Positions 1 to 9,764 of a stretch of DNA of 32,000 nucleotides are shown one piece after another. The notes beneath the pieces were generated by a model that was given only the letters and a program-made list of their open reading frames with translations, made no database searches and had not been told where the DNA came from. A program made the translations under genes and the position numbers. The number at the start of each line of letters is the position of its first letter. Position 1 is the first letter of the stretch. Source of the stretch: Candidatus Electrothrix sp. GW3-4 (GTDB taxonomy: Bacteria > Desulfobacterota > Desulfobulbia > Desulfobulbales > Desulfobulbaceae). Location: the NCBI RefSeq assembly GCF_037902255.1, contig NZ_CP147990.1:2400001-2432000 (forward strand), given 5' to 3'.

Positions 1-372
1 TATCAGTAAGGTCAGGTTCACCCCAAAGGCAAAGCCAGTACAGGTGGTCTTGGTCAAAATCCGGGCCTTCACCAAGGGCCAGTTATTTATCCGAACCGTA
101 ACGTCCTTGGAAGCAACAGGGTACGGCACCAATTCTCCATCCGCAGCAAAAAACGTTTTCCCGGCCAGATGCTCCTGAAGGGACTTTTCCCCGATAAAAA
201 TCTGAAAGGTATTCCCGGTTTCTTTAAGGGACAGCGGCATCTCCGTATGGGTCCAGTAGATTCCTTTTTCCCCGGAGAAAACCTGCATGAGATCTGCAAC
301 AAGGCTGCTTCCCAGGGTAAGAACACCTATCATGCCGATAAGTAACAAGACGTTAGTTGATTTCTGGGTCAT
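1..372 (-). CDS. hypothetical membrane-anchored protein; the gene continues past the window start
   Basis: My own minus-strand translation gives ATG at 372-370, then an open frame down to position 1 (124 codons; MTQKSTNVLLLIGMIGVLTLGSSLVADLMQVF...). It has an N-terminal hydrophobic helix. It starts 14 nt after the stop of the 386-829 gene. It is missing from the ORF track because there is no stop inside the window. Confidence 0.5.
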   Translation of the reverse strand, partial: MTQKSTNVLLLIGMIGVLTLGSSLVADLMQVFSGEKGIYWTHTEMPLSLKETGNTFQIFIGEKSLQEHLAGKTFFAADGELVPYPVASKDVTVRINNWPLVKARILTKTTCTGFAFGVNLTLLI

Positions 373-385
373 TCTTCTGTACCTG

Positions 386-829
386 TTATCTCTCAGTCGG
401 AGTGGATATTTGCCTGATCATCTCCGGGGTGATTTCTTTCAACCCGGTCAAAGACTCAAGCACTCCCTCCATTTTTCTGACATTTCTTTTTATTATCTCC
501 GTAATATCATCACCAAATTCTGCCTGCACAGACTCTGCTGCCGACAAGATAATCATACTGTTCATTAAATCGCGCAATAACTGATTTACCGCTCGCATAG
601 TAGCGTTATATGTAGCGACTTTCTCCTGTTCTTTTTTATTGTTGATCCTGATAACTATATAATCTATCACCAGACCCGTTAGGATAAAAAATACGAAGGG
701 AACGCATTTGTCCAGCACCTTGCTGTGCAAGGTATAAATAAACTGAATAAAGCTGAAATCAAGGGCAACCTCACCTACAACTGTCACACAGGATAAGGCA
801 AAAAACAGAAGAGTAAATCTGAATTTCAT
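386..829 (-). CDS. hypothetical small membrane protein (two predicted hydrophobic segments)
   Basis: This is the 386..844 ORF from the track. The first codons are TTG/GTG, and the first ATG (MKFRFTLLFFALSC...) is at 829. I recognise no family motif. Confidence 0.5.
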   Translation of the reverse strand: MKFRFTLLFFALSCVTVVGEVALDFSFIQFIYTLHSKVLDKCVPFVFFILTGLVIDYIVIRINNKKEQEKVATYNATMRAVNQLLRDLMNSMIILSAAESVQAEFGDDITEIIKRNVRKMEGVLESLTGLKEITPEMIRQISTPTER

Positions 830-877
830 TTTTTTTCGCACCAAAGATCATTGATTTTCCGACTTGTCAGAATGAGA

Positions 878-1489
878 TCAACCAAGCCGTGCATTATAGA
901 CAAGGCCGCCGCTGGCAGAGAATTCTTTGAACACCTCAACCGCTTCTTGTTGCAGAATATTTTCCTGTAACCCTATGTCACGTTGCGCCAGTTCAGATCG
1001 CCAAGCAGGATGGAGTGGCCCTTCATCAAAACCGGTAATTGCTTCCTGCTCCGGCCCGGCGCCAGCAATCATCAAAGAACGAACCCCTGACCAAAGGACA
1101 GCGCCAAAACACATACTGCAAGGTCGCCAGTTCACGACAAGCTGATAGGCCGGAAGCCCTGCTGCACCGAGGTCATAAAGACCCAGTTGCTTCTGGGCCA
1201 GGGAAAGTGCTGTTATTTCTGCATGCGCTGAAGAACAGGTGCAGGGCAAGACACGATTGACACCAATCACCACCAACCTGCCGGAATCCCGCTCAAAGAC
1301 CCCGGCAGCAAAGGGTCCACCCGTCTTGTGTCGGAAATTCATCCGGGCAAATGTGAGCACCGCGCTCATCCGCTCTTCAGCGCTCGCCAGGTATTCCGGC
1401 AAGTCATTGAGAGCGGCAATGGCCCAGGCAGGCAGATCAAGAATAACAGAGGTATTTTCCTTGCAAAAACGTTGTTCATTCCCCATCAT
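878..1489 (-). CDS. CMP/dCMP-type zinc deaminase family protein (nucleoside, guanine or tRNA-adenosine deaminase-like)
   Basis: It carries the HAE motif (SSAHAEITAL) and the PCxxC motif (RPCSMCFGAV), with the spacing typical of the cytidine-deaminase-like fold. Its start overlaps the upstream gene's stop (ATGA at 1486-1489). Confidence 0.8.
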   Translation of the reverse strand: MMGNEQRFCKENTSVILDLPAWAIAALNDLPEYLASAEERMSAVLTFARMNFRHKTGGPFAAGVFERDSGRLVVIGVNRVLPCTCSSAHAEITALSLAQKQLGLYDLGAAGLPAYQLVVNWRPCSMCFGAVLWSGVRSLMIAGAGPEQEAITGFDEGPLHPAWRSELAQRDIGLQENILQQEAVEVFKEFSASGGLVYNARLG

Positions 1490-2712
1490 CTTCCCTTTCC
1501 TGAATCATCGTCTCTCTCACGATCTTTAATAATCACAAAGGCCTTACCCAGCTTAGGCGAAACAGACCATTTCTTTCCTGTCGTCCCCAAGGGAGCGATG
1601 AGGTCCTCCTTATGAAAAACTCCAGCCTCAAGAAGGATCTGGAGCAGCTGTCCCTGCTGGTCGCCCGTGTTAATACAGCCGTGAGTGGGATGAAATAAAG
1701 AACCGCTCCGGTCGGATTGCAGGCTCGGGTTCTGTTGTGCTTCAAAATCACCGGGTGCAATACGCAGGGCAATACGACCGAGACTATAGGCCAGTGGCCA
1801 TTCATTGATCCAGTAATCATCCAGGGCCTCTGCCGGGACAATCCGGGAGAGGAGAAAGGAGTTGAGAGGATACGGCTGCGCGTTTATCGGTGGCAAGGCC
1901 GCATCAAGATCAATCCGGGCCGTCTGGAACCAGGAAGAATCACCCCCGCCGATCATGGTTCCCCAGATTGTGTAGATACCCTGGGGCGTATCATGGTTGA
2001 TCCGAATCCTCCGGCTCCCCCTGCTCGGCCTGCCGTCTCGAACAGAGCGGGCCAGGACAGACAGATGAAACTTCCTGCCGGTTTTCTGATCCAGCAGCCA
2101 GCGGTTATGCTGTTTTATCGTCAAATCGCAAGGGCTGCTCCGGTCTGGCGGACAAAAGATATAGATCAGGACCAGATCAGGGGCTCCTGGCACCTTGAGC
2201 AGGTCAGCTGTTGTGACGTCCTGCCTTCTTCTGGTCCGGCGCAGACGCCGGAGGACCTGTTCGCCAAGCAGTCCGTACTGTTTTGCCTTGGTTTTCTGGA
2301 CAAAGAAGACCACAGGGAAAAAAGTTTTCTTTGATATCCGTTCCTGCCTGGCAGAGGATACAGAGGCCGAGGAGACAGCCACCGGCGTGAGCCGCATTCT
2401 CTCCTGAAGATTCACCAAGACACAATCGCCCGGCTCCATCCGGGTCCTATGAAAGAGGGCATCCCCTTCCCTTGTGCTGAAGAGGATCTCCCCTTGCTGC
2501 AGGCTGCTATTCCTTTGCAGGGCTGCCTGTTGTGCGTCAACATTGGAAGCAAGAAAAAGCTGAAGCGGTTCCCCCTGCATCCCTTCTGGAGCACAGTATT
2601 GCCGTATCATGGCAGCAGAGGCTGGAGCGTTGCCAAGCAGGATAACTGAAAGACAGAGGCCGAAGATTTTTATCACCACCATATCCAGATAACCTCTCAG
2701 CATGTCCTTCAC
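1486..2712 (-). CDS. secreted hypothetical protein, possibly YkuD (L,D-transpeptidase)-like
   Basis: There is an N-terminal signal-like segment (IFGLCLSVILLGNAPASAA). Near the C-terminus, the motif HPTHGCINTG resembles the SHGC[IV]R catalytic motif of YkuD domains. The functional call is weak. Confidence 0.5.
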   Translation of the reverse strand: MKDMLRGYLDMVVIKIFGLCLSVILLGNAPASAAMIRQYCAPEGMQGEPLQLFLASNVDAQQAALQRNSSLQQGEILFSTREGDALFHRTRMEPGDCVLVNLQERMRLTPVAVSSASVSSARQERISKKTFFPVVFFVQKTKAKQYGLLGEQVLRRLRRTRRRQDVTTADLLKVPGAPDLVLIYIFCPPDRSSPCDLTIKQHNRWLLDQKTGRKFHLSVLARSVRDGRPSRGSRRIRINHDTPQGIYTIWGTMIGGGDSSWFQTARIDLDAALPPINAQPYPLNSFLLSRIVPAEALDDYWINEWPLAYSLGRIALRIAPGDFEAQQNPSLQSDRSGSLFHPTHGCINTGDQQGQLLQILLEAGVFHKEDLIAPLGTTGKKWSVSPKLGKAFVIIKDRERDDDSGKGR

Positions 2713-2792
2713 AAACCTCTTATCCGTTGTCCATCCGACCTGTATCTGTTATGCGGGAGAAGACAGGTCGGATACGCAAACTCCCTGTTCGC

Positions 2793-3992
2793 TTACAGCG
2801 CAGCCGCCTTGGCCAGGGCCGCCAGCATGGTCTCTCGTTGCGCATCACTCAGGTTGATCGGGACCTGATAGACCAAGGTCCGGCTCATCAAGTCAACCGA
2901 AGCAGGCAGGGCTTCAGGATCGTAGACAAAACGGCGCTTGCCATGGGCAGCAAAAGGCCAATCGTTTTGCGCTAAGGTCTTGCCACCGAGCAGGTGTTCC
3001 CAGGAGGGATAAAAATGCCAGCTGTTCTCGCCAAAGTTAATTGCCCCGGCATTATTATCCCGCAGGACCTGATTGACCTTGGCAGCCTGTTCCTTATCCG
3101 GCAGCATAAAGGCAAAGAAGGTGGCGGAATCGCCCTGCTCATCCAGGATCTCGCGGAAGCTGACTCCGACGATCTTTGCGGCCGCCTCTTTGAGGATAGC
3201 CTTGTTTCGCTGCTGGGAAACGATCATATTGTCCAGCTTGGCCAGCTGCGCCAGACCGATAGCCCCTTGCAGTTCCATCATCCGAAAGTTAAAGCCGATA
3301 AAGCGTCGCCCCTCACCACCGCGACCGCCAGGGTTGACGGCATGGTCATGGCCGTGATCGTGATATTCAGAACAGTTGCGCCAGAGTCCCTCGTCATTGG
3401 TGATGACCATTCCACCCTCACCAGTGGTCATGGTCTTGACAGAGTCAAAGGAAAAGGTGCCAAATTGACCAAAGGTGCCGAGATGCTGGCCGCCCAAACG
3501 AGCCCCAGCCGCCTGGGCAGTATCTTCCAGGACCGGAATACCGTACTTATCAGCAATGGCCTTGATCTCGACAATCCGGGCCGGAGCGCCGAGCATATGG
3601 ACCGGAATGATGGCCTTGGTCTTGTCCGTAATCTTCTTCTCCAGATCATAGGGATCCATGTTCAGGGTCTGATCCACCTCAGTGAAGACCGGCACAGCGC
3701 CAACATCGAAAATTGCCTCCCAAGTGGCAACAAAGGTAAAGCCCTGGGTGATAACCTCATCACCGATACCAACGCCCAGGGCCGCCAAGGCTACTTTCAG
3801 GGCGGCAGTGCCTGAGGTCACGGCCTGGGCATGGGCAGCTCCGGTATATTGGGCAAAGGCCTGCTCAAACTCGCGGACCTTGTACACGCCCTTGCGCTGC
3901 TCACCGAACTCGTAGCGAAACAGGACACCGGTGTCAAAGACTTCCAGGGCCTGCTGCTTTTCCTCTTCTCCGAATACTTCAAAACCCGGCAT
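2793..3992 (-). CDS. DegT/DnrJ/EryC1/StrS-family PLP-dependent aminotransferase
   Basis: The 399-aa protein has the typical family layout. This includes the FSFDSVKTMTTGEGG lysine motif and AVTSGTAAL near the N-terminus. Confidence 0.85.
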   Translation of the reverse strand: MPGFEVFGEEEKQQALEVFDTGVLFRYEFGEQRKGVYKVREFEQAFAQYTGAAHAQAVTSGTAALKVALAALGVGIGDEVITQGFTFVATWEAIFDVGAVPVFTEVDQTLNMDPYDLEKKITDKTKAIIPVHMLGAPARIVEIKAIADKYGIPVLEDTAQAAGARLGGQHLGTFGQFGTFSFDSVKTMTTGEGGMVITNDEGLWRNCSEYHDHGHDHAVNPGGRGGEGRRFIGFNFRMMELQGAIGLAQLAKLDNMIVSQQRNKAILKEAAAKIVGVSFREILDEQGDSATFFAFMLPDKEQAAKVNQVLRDNNAGAINFGENSWHFYPSWEHLLGGKTLAQNDWPFAAHGKRRFVYDPEALPASVDLMSRTLVYQVPINLSDAQRETMLAALAKAAAL

Positions 3993-4022
3993 GATCCTTC
4001 CTCTTTTTGTCTTATTATTGTT

Positions 4023-4385
4023 CTATTTATCGATTAGTTTGCGAATCCCGTTCTTTTCATCACAAAGGATAATCGTTGGCGCAAAATCGCCCAACTCGCT
4101 CTCATCGTACTGAGCATAGGTGACGATGATAATCAGATCACCCGTATGCCCTTTCCGGGCTGCAGCCCCATTCAGGCCAATAACGCCGGATCCCCGCTCG
4201 CCCTGGATGGCATAGGTATCAAAGCGTTCACCGTTATTAATATTATAGACCTTGACCCGTTCAAAAGGGACAATCCCGGCGGCATCCAGAAGATCTTGGT
4301 CAATAGTCAGGCTACCGTCATAATTGAGATCCGCCTCAGTAATAGTTGCACGGTGGATCTTGGATTTAAGCATTGTTCGCTGCAT
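4023..4385 (-). CDS. panD: aspartate 1-decarboxylase
   Basis: [34 protein letters not shown]... is colinear with PanD. It includes the self-processing Gly-Ser site (YDGS). Confidence 0.95.
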   Translation of the reverse strand: MQRTMLKSKIHRATITEADLNYDGSLTIDQDLLDAAGIVPFERVKVYNINNGERFDTYAIQGERGSGVIGLNGAAARKGHTGDLIIIVTYAQYDESELGDFAPTIILCDEKNGIRKLIDK

Positions 4386-4488
4386 GGTACTCTACTGGTA
4401 TAAAATAATTTTTCGACTGTGCAGAAAAAAAAGATATGGGCATTTCCGGTTCAACCGGTCTGCCGAGATGAACCCATCTCTCGTTCGC

Positions 4489-4716
4489 TCACCCTCTGAA
4501 AAAATATGGCACAGCCATCAGGAGGAAGCCAACAAAAAGCAGCAGGTATATATTAGAGATGAGGTACGGAAGAATACATAAAACCGCCCCTACACCGAGT
4601 GGGACAAAGGCATTCTGTTTTTTTCCGTAGATGAAAAAGCCGGAGCCGATTGCTCCGAACATTATACCCCAGAAGAGCTGCGCCGGTGTCCCCATAATAA
4701 CCTTTCCTTGTTGCAC
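4489..4716 (-). CDS. small hypothetical membrane protein
   Basis: The 75-aa ORF has two or three hydrophobic helices and sits between the cupin gene and panD on the same strand. Confidence 0.45.
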   Translation of the reverse strand: MQQGKVIMGTPAQLFWGIMFGAIGSGFFIYGKKQNAFVPLGVGAVLCILPYLISNIYLLLFVGFLLMAVPYFFRG

Positions 4717-4749
4717 TGTTTCTTCACTGCTTGCGCAAGATCACATCTT

Positions 4750-5091
4750 TTACTCGCATGCGGTGATATCTTCAACAGAATAATGCACGGCCAACCAGAG
4801 CGTAAGTTCTTCCGGTTCCGTCCAGACAACCTTATGCCTGGCATGCGCCGGGATGTGGAGGTAATCACCTTTTCGCAGGGTCACTTGCCGATTATCCTCG
4901 GCAAATAAAAGAGTTCCAGCACCTTCCAGCACCAGCACCCACTCATGCTCTTCCTGATCGTACCAACCTGTCTCCGGTGAGGTATGTCCCTTGGAGACAA
5001 TCCGCTCAATGCGGATATTTTTTGCTCGCAGAAGTTCATCAAACTGTTCGTTTTCCAGATCAGCCGGAAGGCAGGCAAAGAGATTTTTCAT
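4750..5091 (-). CDS. cupin-domain protein
   Basis: Cupin-like motifs are present (HEWVLVLEGAG...GDYLHIPAHARH). The likely start is the internal ATG (MKNLFACLP) at 5091, not the track start at 5145. Confidence 0.7.
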   Translation of the reverse strand: MKNLFACLPADLENEQFDELLRAKNIRIERIVSKGHTSPETGWYDQEEHEWVLVLEGAGTLLFAEDNRQVTLRKGDYLHIPAHARHKVVWTEPEELTLWLAVHYSVEDITACE

Positions 5092-5154
5092 GATTGAAGA
5101 TGACAAACACCCGTCCCTCCCTCTTGGGGAGAGACAACAACGCATGAAAGTACA

Positions 5155-6018
5155 TCACCTTTCATGTAACGGCATCACAAACCCATTATCAATCAGGCGC
5201 ACCTTACCGTTGATTTTCACCGCCAGGGCCAGCACCGTATCTTTATCGACCTCAGCTACTGGCTGAAGGGTGAACTGATCGACAAAGCTGATATAATCCA
5301 CTACCGTACCGGCAAAGGAGAGGATAAATTCCTCCAAGACAGCTCTAAGTCGTTCGGTGTGTAGCTCGCCCTCAGCAACCATCTTCCGAGCCCTAGCTAA
5401 GGCTCGAGAGAGACTGAGGGCAGCCTCCCGCTCCTCTGCCCGCAAATAGGTATTGCGGGAGCTCATGGCCAGTCCATCTTGTTCGCGAATAATGGGATGG
5501 CCAATGATCTCTACCCCAAGGTTCAGGTCCTCGGTCATACGGCGAATCACCGCCAGTTGCTGAAAATCCTTTTCTCCGAACACCGCCAGATCAGGGCGAA
5601 CGATATTAAAGAGCTTGGTAACCACTGTGGCAACCCCGACAAAATGGCCGGGACGGGAGGCCCCACAGAGTTGACGGGTCAACTCTTCCCCTACAGTTAC
5701 AGTAGAACTGAAACCTGCCGGGTACATATCTTCTGGCTCAGGGGCAAAAATCACATCCACCCCAACGCTCTCTGCCAAGGCCTGGTCCTGCTCGAAATCC
5801 CTGGGATAGGCCGTCAGGTCCTCCTTGGGTCCGAACTGGATGGGATTGACAAAGAGACTCACCACCACCTGATCAGCCAATTCCCCGGCCCGCCGCATCA
5901 AGGCGAGATGGCCTTCATGAAAAAAGCCCATGGTCGGGACAAAACCGATTGCCCTGCCCGCAACCACCTGCTCTTTTGACCAGGCCGTCATTTCCTGGGG
6001 GGATCGAAGAATCTTCAT
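5155..6018 (-). CDS. panC: pantoate--beta-alanine ligase
   Basis: The protein has VPTMGFFHEGHLALM (a HIGH-like motif) and is colinear with PanC over 287 aa. Confidence 0.95.
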   Translation of the reverse strand: MKILRSPQEMTAWSKEQVVAGRAIGFVPTMGFFHEGHLALMRRAGELADQVVVSLFVNPIQFGPKEDLTAYPRDFEQDQALAESVGVDVIFAPEPEDMYPAGFSSTVTVGEELTRQLCGASRPGHFVGVATVVTKLFNIVRPDLAVFGEKDFQQLAVIRRMTEDLNLGVEIIGHPIIREQDGLAMSSRNTYLRAEEREAALSLSRALARARKMVAEGELHTERLRAVLEEFILSFAGTVVDYISFVDQFTLQPVAEVDKDTVLALAVKINGKVRLIDNGFVMPLHER

Positions 6019-6063
6019 AGGGAAAACGCCTACCCAGCTCTTGCAGAATACTCTTGCAGAAGA

Positions 6064-6777
6064 TTATTGCAGGAGACGATTCAGGCTCGCCTGCACCATA
6101 TCACGGGCCAAAGAATTTTGCGGAGCAGGCCCCTCCTCGCCTTTCTTCTCGGTCAGACTCATATAGCGCTGATACATAGCCACCGCCTGTTCTTTCTTGC
6201 CCATACTCTCATAAATCCGCCCCAGACTGCTCAAGACCATGCCTTCAAAGCCCTCTTTCTTTTGCAGTTTTTCATAGACAGCAACTGCCTTTTCCAACTC
6301 TTTATTCTGTTCATACAAGGCACCGAGATTCGCCTGCACCAGGGGTTTGAGCAGATCCTCTTCCCCAAGCTCGCTCTCCAGGGCCTCTAAACGACGAAGA
6401 GCCTCCTTGTACTTCCCGGCCTCTTGCTCAAGATGGGCAAGTTGAATCCGACTCCAAACAGCAGAGGGGGTGGAACTGTACTCCGCGTTCACCTTATCCA
6501 GCGCAGCTATTCGTTGTTCCCCTTCAAGAAGCAAGGCCGCATCATAGGCCTTAGCAGCCTTGCTCAAGCTATAGGTTTGATAGGAGTCATAAAGCGCAGC
6601 AATAATGACCACTGCGGCAATAATAACAACCACGGTCCAGATCTTACGCTGATTCTTCTGCAAAAATCCAATCAGGCCCGGGGGAAGATCCAGCTGATCC
6701 AGCATACCATTATGCTGCTCGACATGGGCATTTCCCCGCAAATCGTCTAAGTGAAAGGAGCTTTGTTGTTTTGACAT
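6064..6777 (-). CDS. membrane-anchored tetratricopeptide-repeat protein
   Basis: It has one TM helix (IWTVVVIIAAVVIIAALY), followed by TPR-like A/Y/L-periodic repeats (KAAKAYDAAL, GKYKEALRRLE, LEKAVAVYEKL, KEQAVAMYQRY). Confidence 0.7.
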   Translation of the reverse strand: MSKQQSSFHLDDLRGNAHVEQHNGMLDQLDLPPGLIGFLQKNQRKIWTVVVIIAAVVIIAALYDSYQTYSLSKAAKAYDAALLLEGEQRIAALDKVNAEYSSTPSAVWSRIQLAHLEQEAGKYKEALRRLEALESELGEEDLLKPLVQANLGALYEQNKELEKAVAVYEKLQKKEGFEGMVLSSLGRIYESMGKKEQAVAMYQRYMSLTEKKGEEGPAPQNSLARDMVQASLNRLLQ

Positions 6778-7016
6778 GAAGTGTTCTCCGATTTATGGTA
6801 ATTCATCCAATCTTTTTTGTTGTTGGTATGCAACAGATGCAACAAATGCGGTCTCTCGTCACAGAACAAAAGGCTACAAACAAAGGTCGAACAAGTTCCC
6901 GCGCAGTCGCGGCTGTAACTATAGCGTGAATCCTGAAAAATGCATTAATCTTTTCCCCCTTTTCAGGAGCAATTCCACTGCTGCGGAGATATTCTTTTGT
7001 TTTTGGGTAAAAAGCA

Positions 7017-7808
7017 ATGAAAGAGAAGAAAAAACAGAGAGGTCGGACCGGCACAGTCGGTTTCTGCCAGAGCTGCGGACAGGAACATAGCCTGCCTGCG
7101 GCCCAGGCCCAGGAAGCGGCTTTTCAGCTTATAAAAAACCTGGAGCGCAGCAACCGCATCGACTTGAGCATCCCTGCGCTCCAGGCCAATCCCCGTTGCT
7201 CTCTGGATTACCTCTGGGGACCGGCCCGGGGCAAGATGTTTGGTGTCCTGGTTGGACAGGCCCCGAACGGAGAACAGGTCCATCTCCGGGCCTTTTCCGG
7301 TCAGTACAACGGACTCTGGCAGGTACCGGGCTGGGTTGGACCGGTCTTTGACCTCAACACCTTTCATCAGGTGCATGATCAGGAAGAAAGGGAAATCAAG
7401 AAGCTGACACATGAGATCGCTGAACTCCCTGCTGATGCGCAGGAGCGGCAGGAACTTCTTCAGGCACGAAAAAAAAAATCGCAACAACTCATGCGGGAAA
7501 TCCATAACCTTTACCAGTTATGCAACTTCCACGGCCAGAGGGCAAGCCTGCAAGAGATCTTGGGCTTGAAAAAAGGTGTGCCCACCGGCACCGGGGATTG
7601 CTGCGCCCCGAAGCTGCTCCAACACGCAGCCTTGCACGGGTTGACGCCCTTGGGTCTGTCTGAATTCTACCTCGGCAAGGAAAACGCCTCAGGCGCTCGC
7701 CAGCATGGCTGCTTTTACCCCTCCTGCCAAACAAAATGTTACCCGATTCTCGGCTTTATGCTCTGCGGGGTTGGGCACCCAGAAAAAACGCCTGGAGAAA
7801 CAAGGTAA
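7017..7808 (+). CDS. Cys-rich hypothetical protein, translationally coupled to the pseudouridine synthase gene
   Basis: The 263-aa ORF has CQSC near the N-terminus, then GTGDCCAPKLLQHA and FYPSCQTKCYPILGFML near the C-terminus. Its stop overlaps the next start (TAATG at 7806-7810). Confidence 0.7.
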   Translation: MKEKKKQRGRTGTVGFCQSCGQEHSLPAAQAQEAAFQLIKNLERSNRIDLSIPALQANPRCSLDYLWGPARGKMFGVLVGQAPNGEQVHLRAFSGQYNGLWQVPGWVGPVFDLNTFHQVHDQEEREIKKLTHEIAELPADAQERQELLQARKKKSQQLMREIHNLYQLCNFHGQRASLQEILGLKKGVPTGTGDCCAPKLLQHAALHGLTPLGLSEFYLGKENASGARQHGCFYPSCQTKCYPILGFMLCGVGHPEKTPGETR

Positions 7809-8458
7809 TGAAAGAGGAGCTGGACATCATTTTTGCCGATCAACAGCTGGTAGTGGTCAACAAACCTGGCGGGCTCCTGGCTGTTCCCGGACGAGGGCCG
7901 GATAAACAGGACTCTGTGGTCAGCCGTTTCAAAAAGCAGTTTCCCAGGGCCATTGAGCAACCAGCGGTTCATCGTCTGGACATGGCCACCTCTGGCCTGA
8001 TGGCCTTGGCCCGGACCACAGAAGCACATCGTCATCTCAGCGGCCAGTTTTCTCAACGTCAGGTAGAGAAGATCTATATTGCCCTGCTGGCTGGGGCTGT
8101 GGCTGAAGAAAGGGGAAAAATCGAGCTGCGCTTCCGGCTGGACCCGGACAACCGCCCGTACCAGGTGTACGACCCTGTCCAGGGAAAAGTCGGGATCACC
8201 TACTGGCGGCGCCTTGCCCTCTGCGGCAGCGAGGTGCATCCACAGACCCGAATAGAGTTTCTCCCCCTGACCGGCAGAACCCACCAGCTCCGTCTCCATG
8301 CCGCCCATTCTCTGGGGCTGGGTTGCCCTATCATCGGTGACAGCCTGTACGGAACAGGGCAAAGGGGAGACCCCATGTACCTCCATGCAACCTACCTGGC
8401 CCTTAACCACCCACGCAGCAACCAACGACTGGAATTCTATTCTCCTGCCTCCTTTTGA
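7808..8458 (+). CDS. RluA-family pseudouridine synthase
   Basis: The catalytic motif HRLDMATSGLM is present, along with LVVVNKPGGL and GRTHQLRLH. The start is the ATG at 7808 (MKEELDIIFAD), not the track start at 7736. Confidence 0.9.
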   Translation: MKEELDIIFADQQLVVVNKPGGLLAVPGRGPDKQDSVVSRFKKQFPRAIEQPAVHRLDMATSGLMALARTTEAHRHLSGQFSQRQVEKIYIALLAGAVAEERGKIELRFRLDPDNRPYQVYDPVQGKVGITYWRRLALCGSEVHPQTRIEFLPLTGRTHQLRLHAAHSLGLGCPIIGDSLYGTGQRGDPMYLHATYLALNHPRSNQRLEFYSPASF

Positions 8459-8790
8459 GGAGCAGCCTTTAAAAAAGGTGGTGAACAGAAGACGCTAGCA
8501 CAGGCCGGTATAGCGGCTCGTTCCGGGCTAAGGTAGCGAGTCATCCCGATACCGAGACAAAAAAGGGTGAAGCTGAAGATCAGGAGGAGAAAAATAATGA
8601 TCGGGATCTGATCATAGCGTTTCTGCTTTGGCCTCCTTTGTCTCGTATTTCGTCTCTTGGCACCAGCAGGTTTAACAGCAGCTCCTTGAGCAGATCCTTG
8701 AGCAGGCTTTTCCGTTATCTTATCCGCAGACCTTCCACTGGCCTGCTCAGGGGGTTTCTCTTGTGTTTCTTTTTCTGTGGTCAAAACCAA
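8437..8790 (-). CDS. hypothetical single-pass membrane protein with a basic, Pro/Ala-rich N-terminus
   Basis: The 117-aa ORF begins 3 nt after the stop of the 8794-9411 gene. It has one TM segment (IIIFLLLIFSFTLFCLGIG). Its 3' end overlaps the convergent rluA-like gene by 22 nt. Confidence 0.45.
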   Translation of the reverse strand: MVLTTEKETQEKPPEQASGRSADKITEKPAQGSAQGAAVKPAGAKRRNTRQRRPKQKRYDQIPIIIFLLLIFSFTLFCLGIGMTRYLSPERAAIPACASVFCSPPFLKAAPQKEAGE

Positions 8791-8793
8791 TTA

Positions 8794-9411
8794 TTATTCT
8801 CCGCTCCCGAGGTCATCCTGCTGCGGAGGCGGCGGAGCTGTCCTGGACCCGCTGAGTTGGCGGCGCCGCTTCTCTTCATAAACAGAGAGGATAAAGAGGC
8901 AGGAATAGGGATGGGTCAACAAGGCACCGATTCCGATGGAGCTGCCAATGGAATCCAGAATAATAAGCACGGCCACCACTGCAACATGCTCGCTGACAGG
9001 TTGCTCCAGGGCCATGCGGGCAGATTCTTTCACAGCCTCAGTTAAGCCGAGTTGCTGATCGGTCATCAGGGGCAGCAGATAGACAAAGAAAAAGGTTCCG
9101 GCCAGAATAACCGCTATACCGGGTAAAATCAGCATGGCCATCCCGAGCAGGATAAGCAGCACAAAGACAATGGTAAAGCCCAACAGAGGGAAAAACAGGT
9201 CCATATGGGCAAAGAGATCCTTTACATCCGGTTTTCTGTCTTCGCGCAGGGCCAACAGCAGGGACTGCATATAGCCAGCAGAGACCACGGGCGCCAGAAA
9301 ACCAAGACTGACAACCGACACCACAATCATGACCAGGGTATTGACCAGCACCAGGGCAAAATGATGCATAAAGGCCTGCCAGGCGCGTTCAAAATGCTTT
9401 TTAAAATCCAT
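8794..9411 (-). CDS. multi-pass membrane protein of unknown function
   Basis: It has several hydrophobic helices. The likely start is MDFKKHFERAW at 9411. The C-terminal tail is Pro/Gln-rich. Confidence 0.6.
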   Translation of the reverse strand: MDFKKHFERAWQAFMHHFALVLVNTLVMIVVSVVSLGFLAPVVSAGYMQSLLLALREDRKPDVKDLFAHMDLFFPLLGFTIVFVLLILLGMAMLILPGIAVILAGTFFFVYLLPLMTDQQLGLTEAVKESARMALEQPVSEHVAVVAVLIILDSIGSSIGIGALLTHPYSCLFILSVYEEKRRRQLSGSRTAPPPPQQDDLGSGE

Positions 9412-9764
9412 ATCTCCTCCTTCTGCATGAACCAGGTTCTTTTCCCAAAGGGATCTTCTGTTACAGGAGAAGAGTAACAGCATGCAAGCCAGCTTGACAA
9501 GGAGTTAATGCGGTCTTTGGGGAAAAGGAGGGCAGAAAAGGTCAGTGACCTGTATTTCAGGAAGAATGCAGGCAGCATTCCGGATAAACAAGGAAGAGGA
9601 ACCAGCTCAGCAGGAGCTGATCATACGGTGTGTTTTACTGAAGGAAGGGTGTATGTTTTTCAGAACACAACCTTCCGACTGATTGCATCCCTCGGGGAGG
9701 GATCTTACGGATGAATTCCAGCAAGGCCGGGAAGAAGCAAGGTTCCCTCATCAGACAGATGCCC

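Noticed and set aside
87-326. The 79-aa minus-strand track ORF at the window start
   Set aside because: It is in a different frame from the longer open frame (1-372) that has a TM-helix N-terminus and proper spacing to the upstream gene. Its Arg/Pro/Cys-rich composition looks non-coding.
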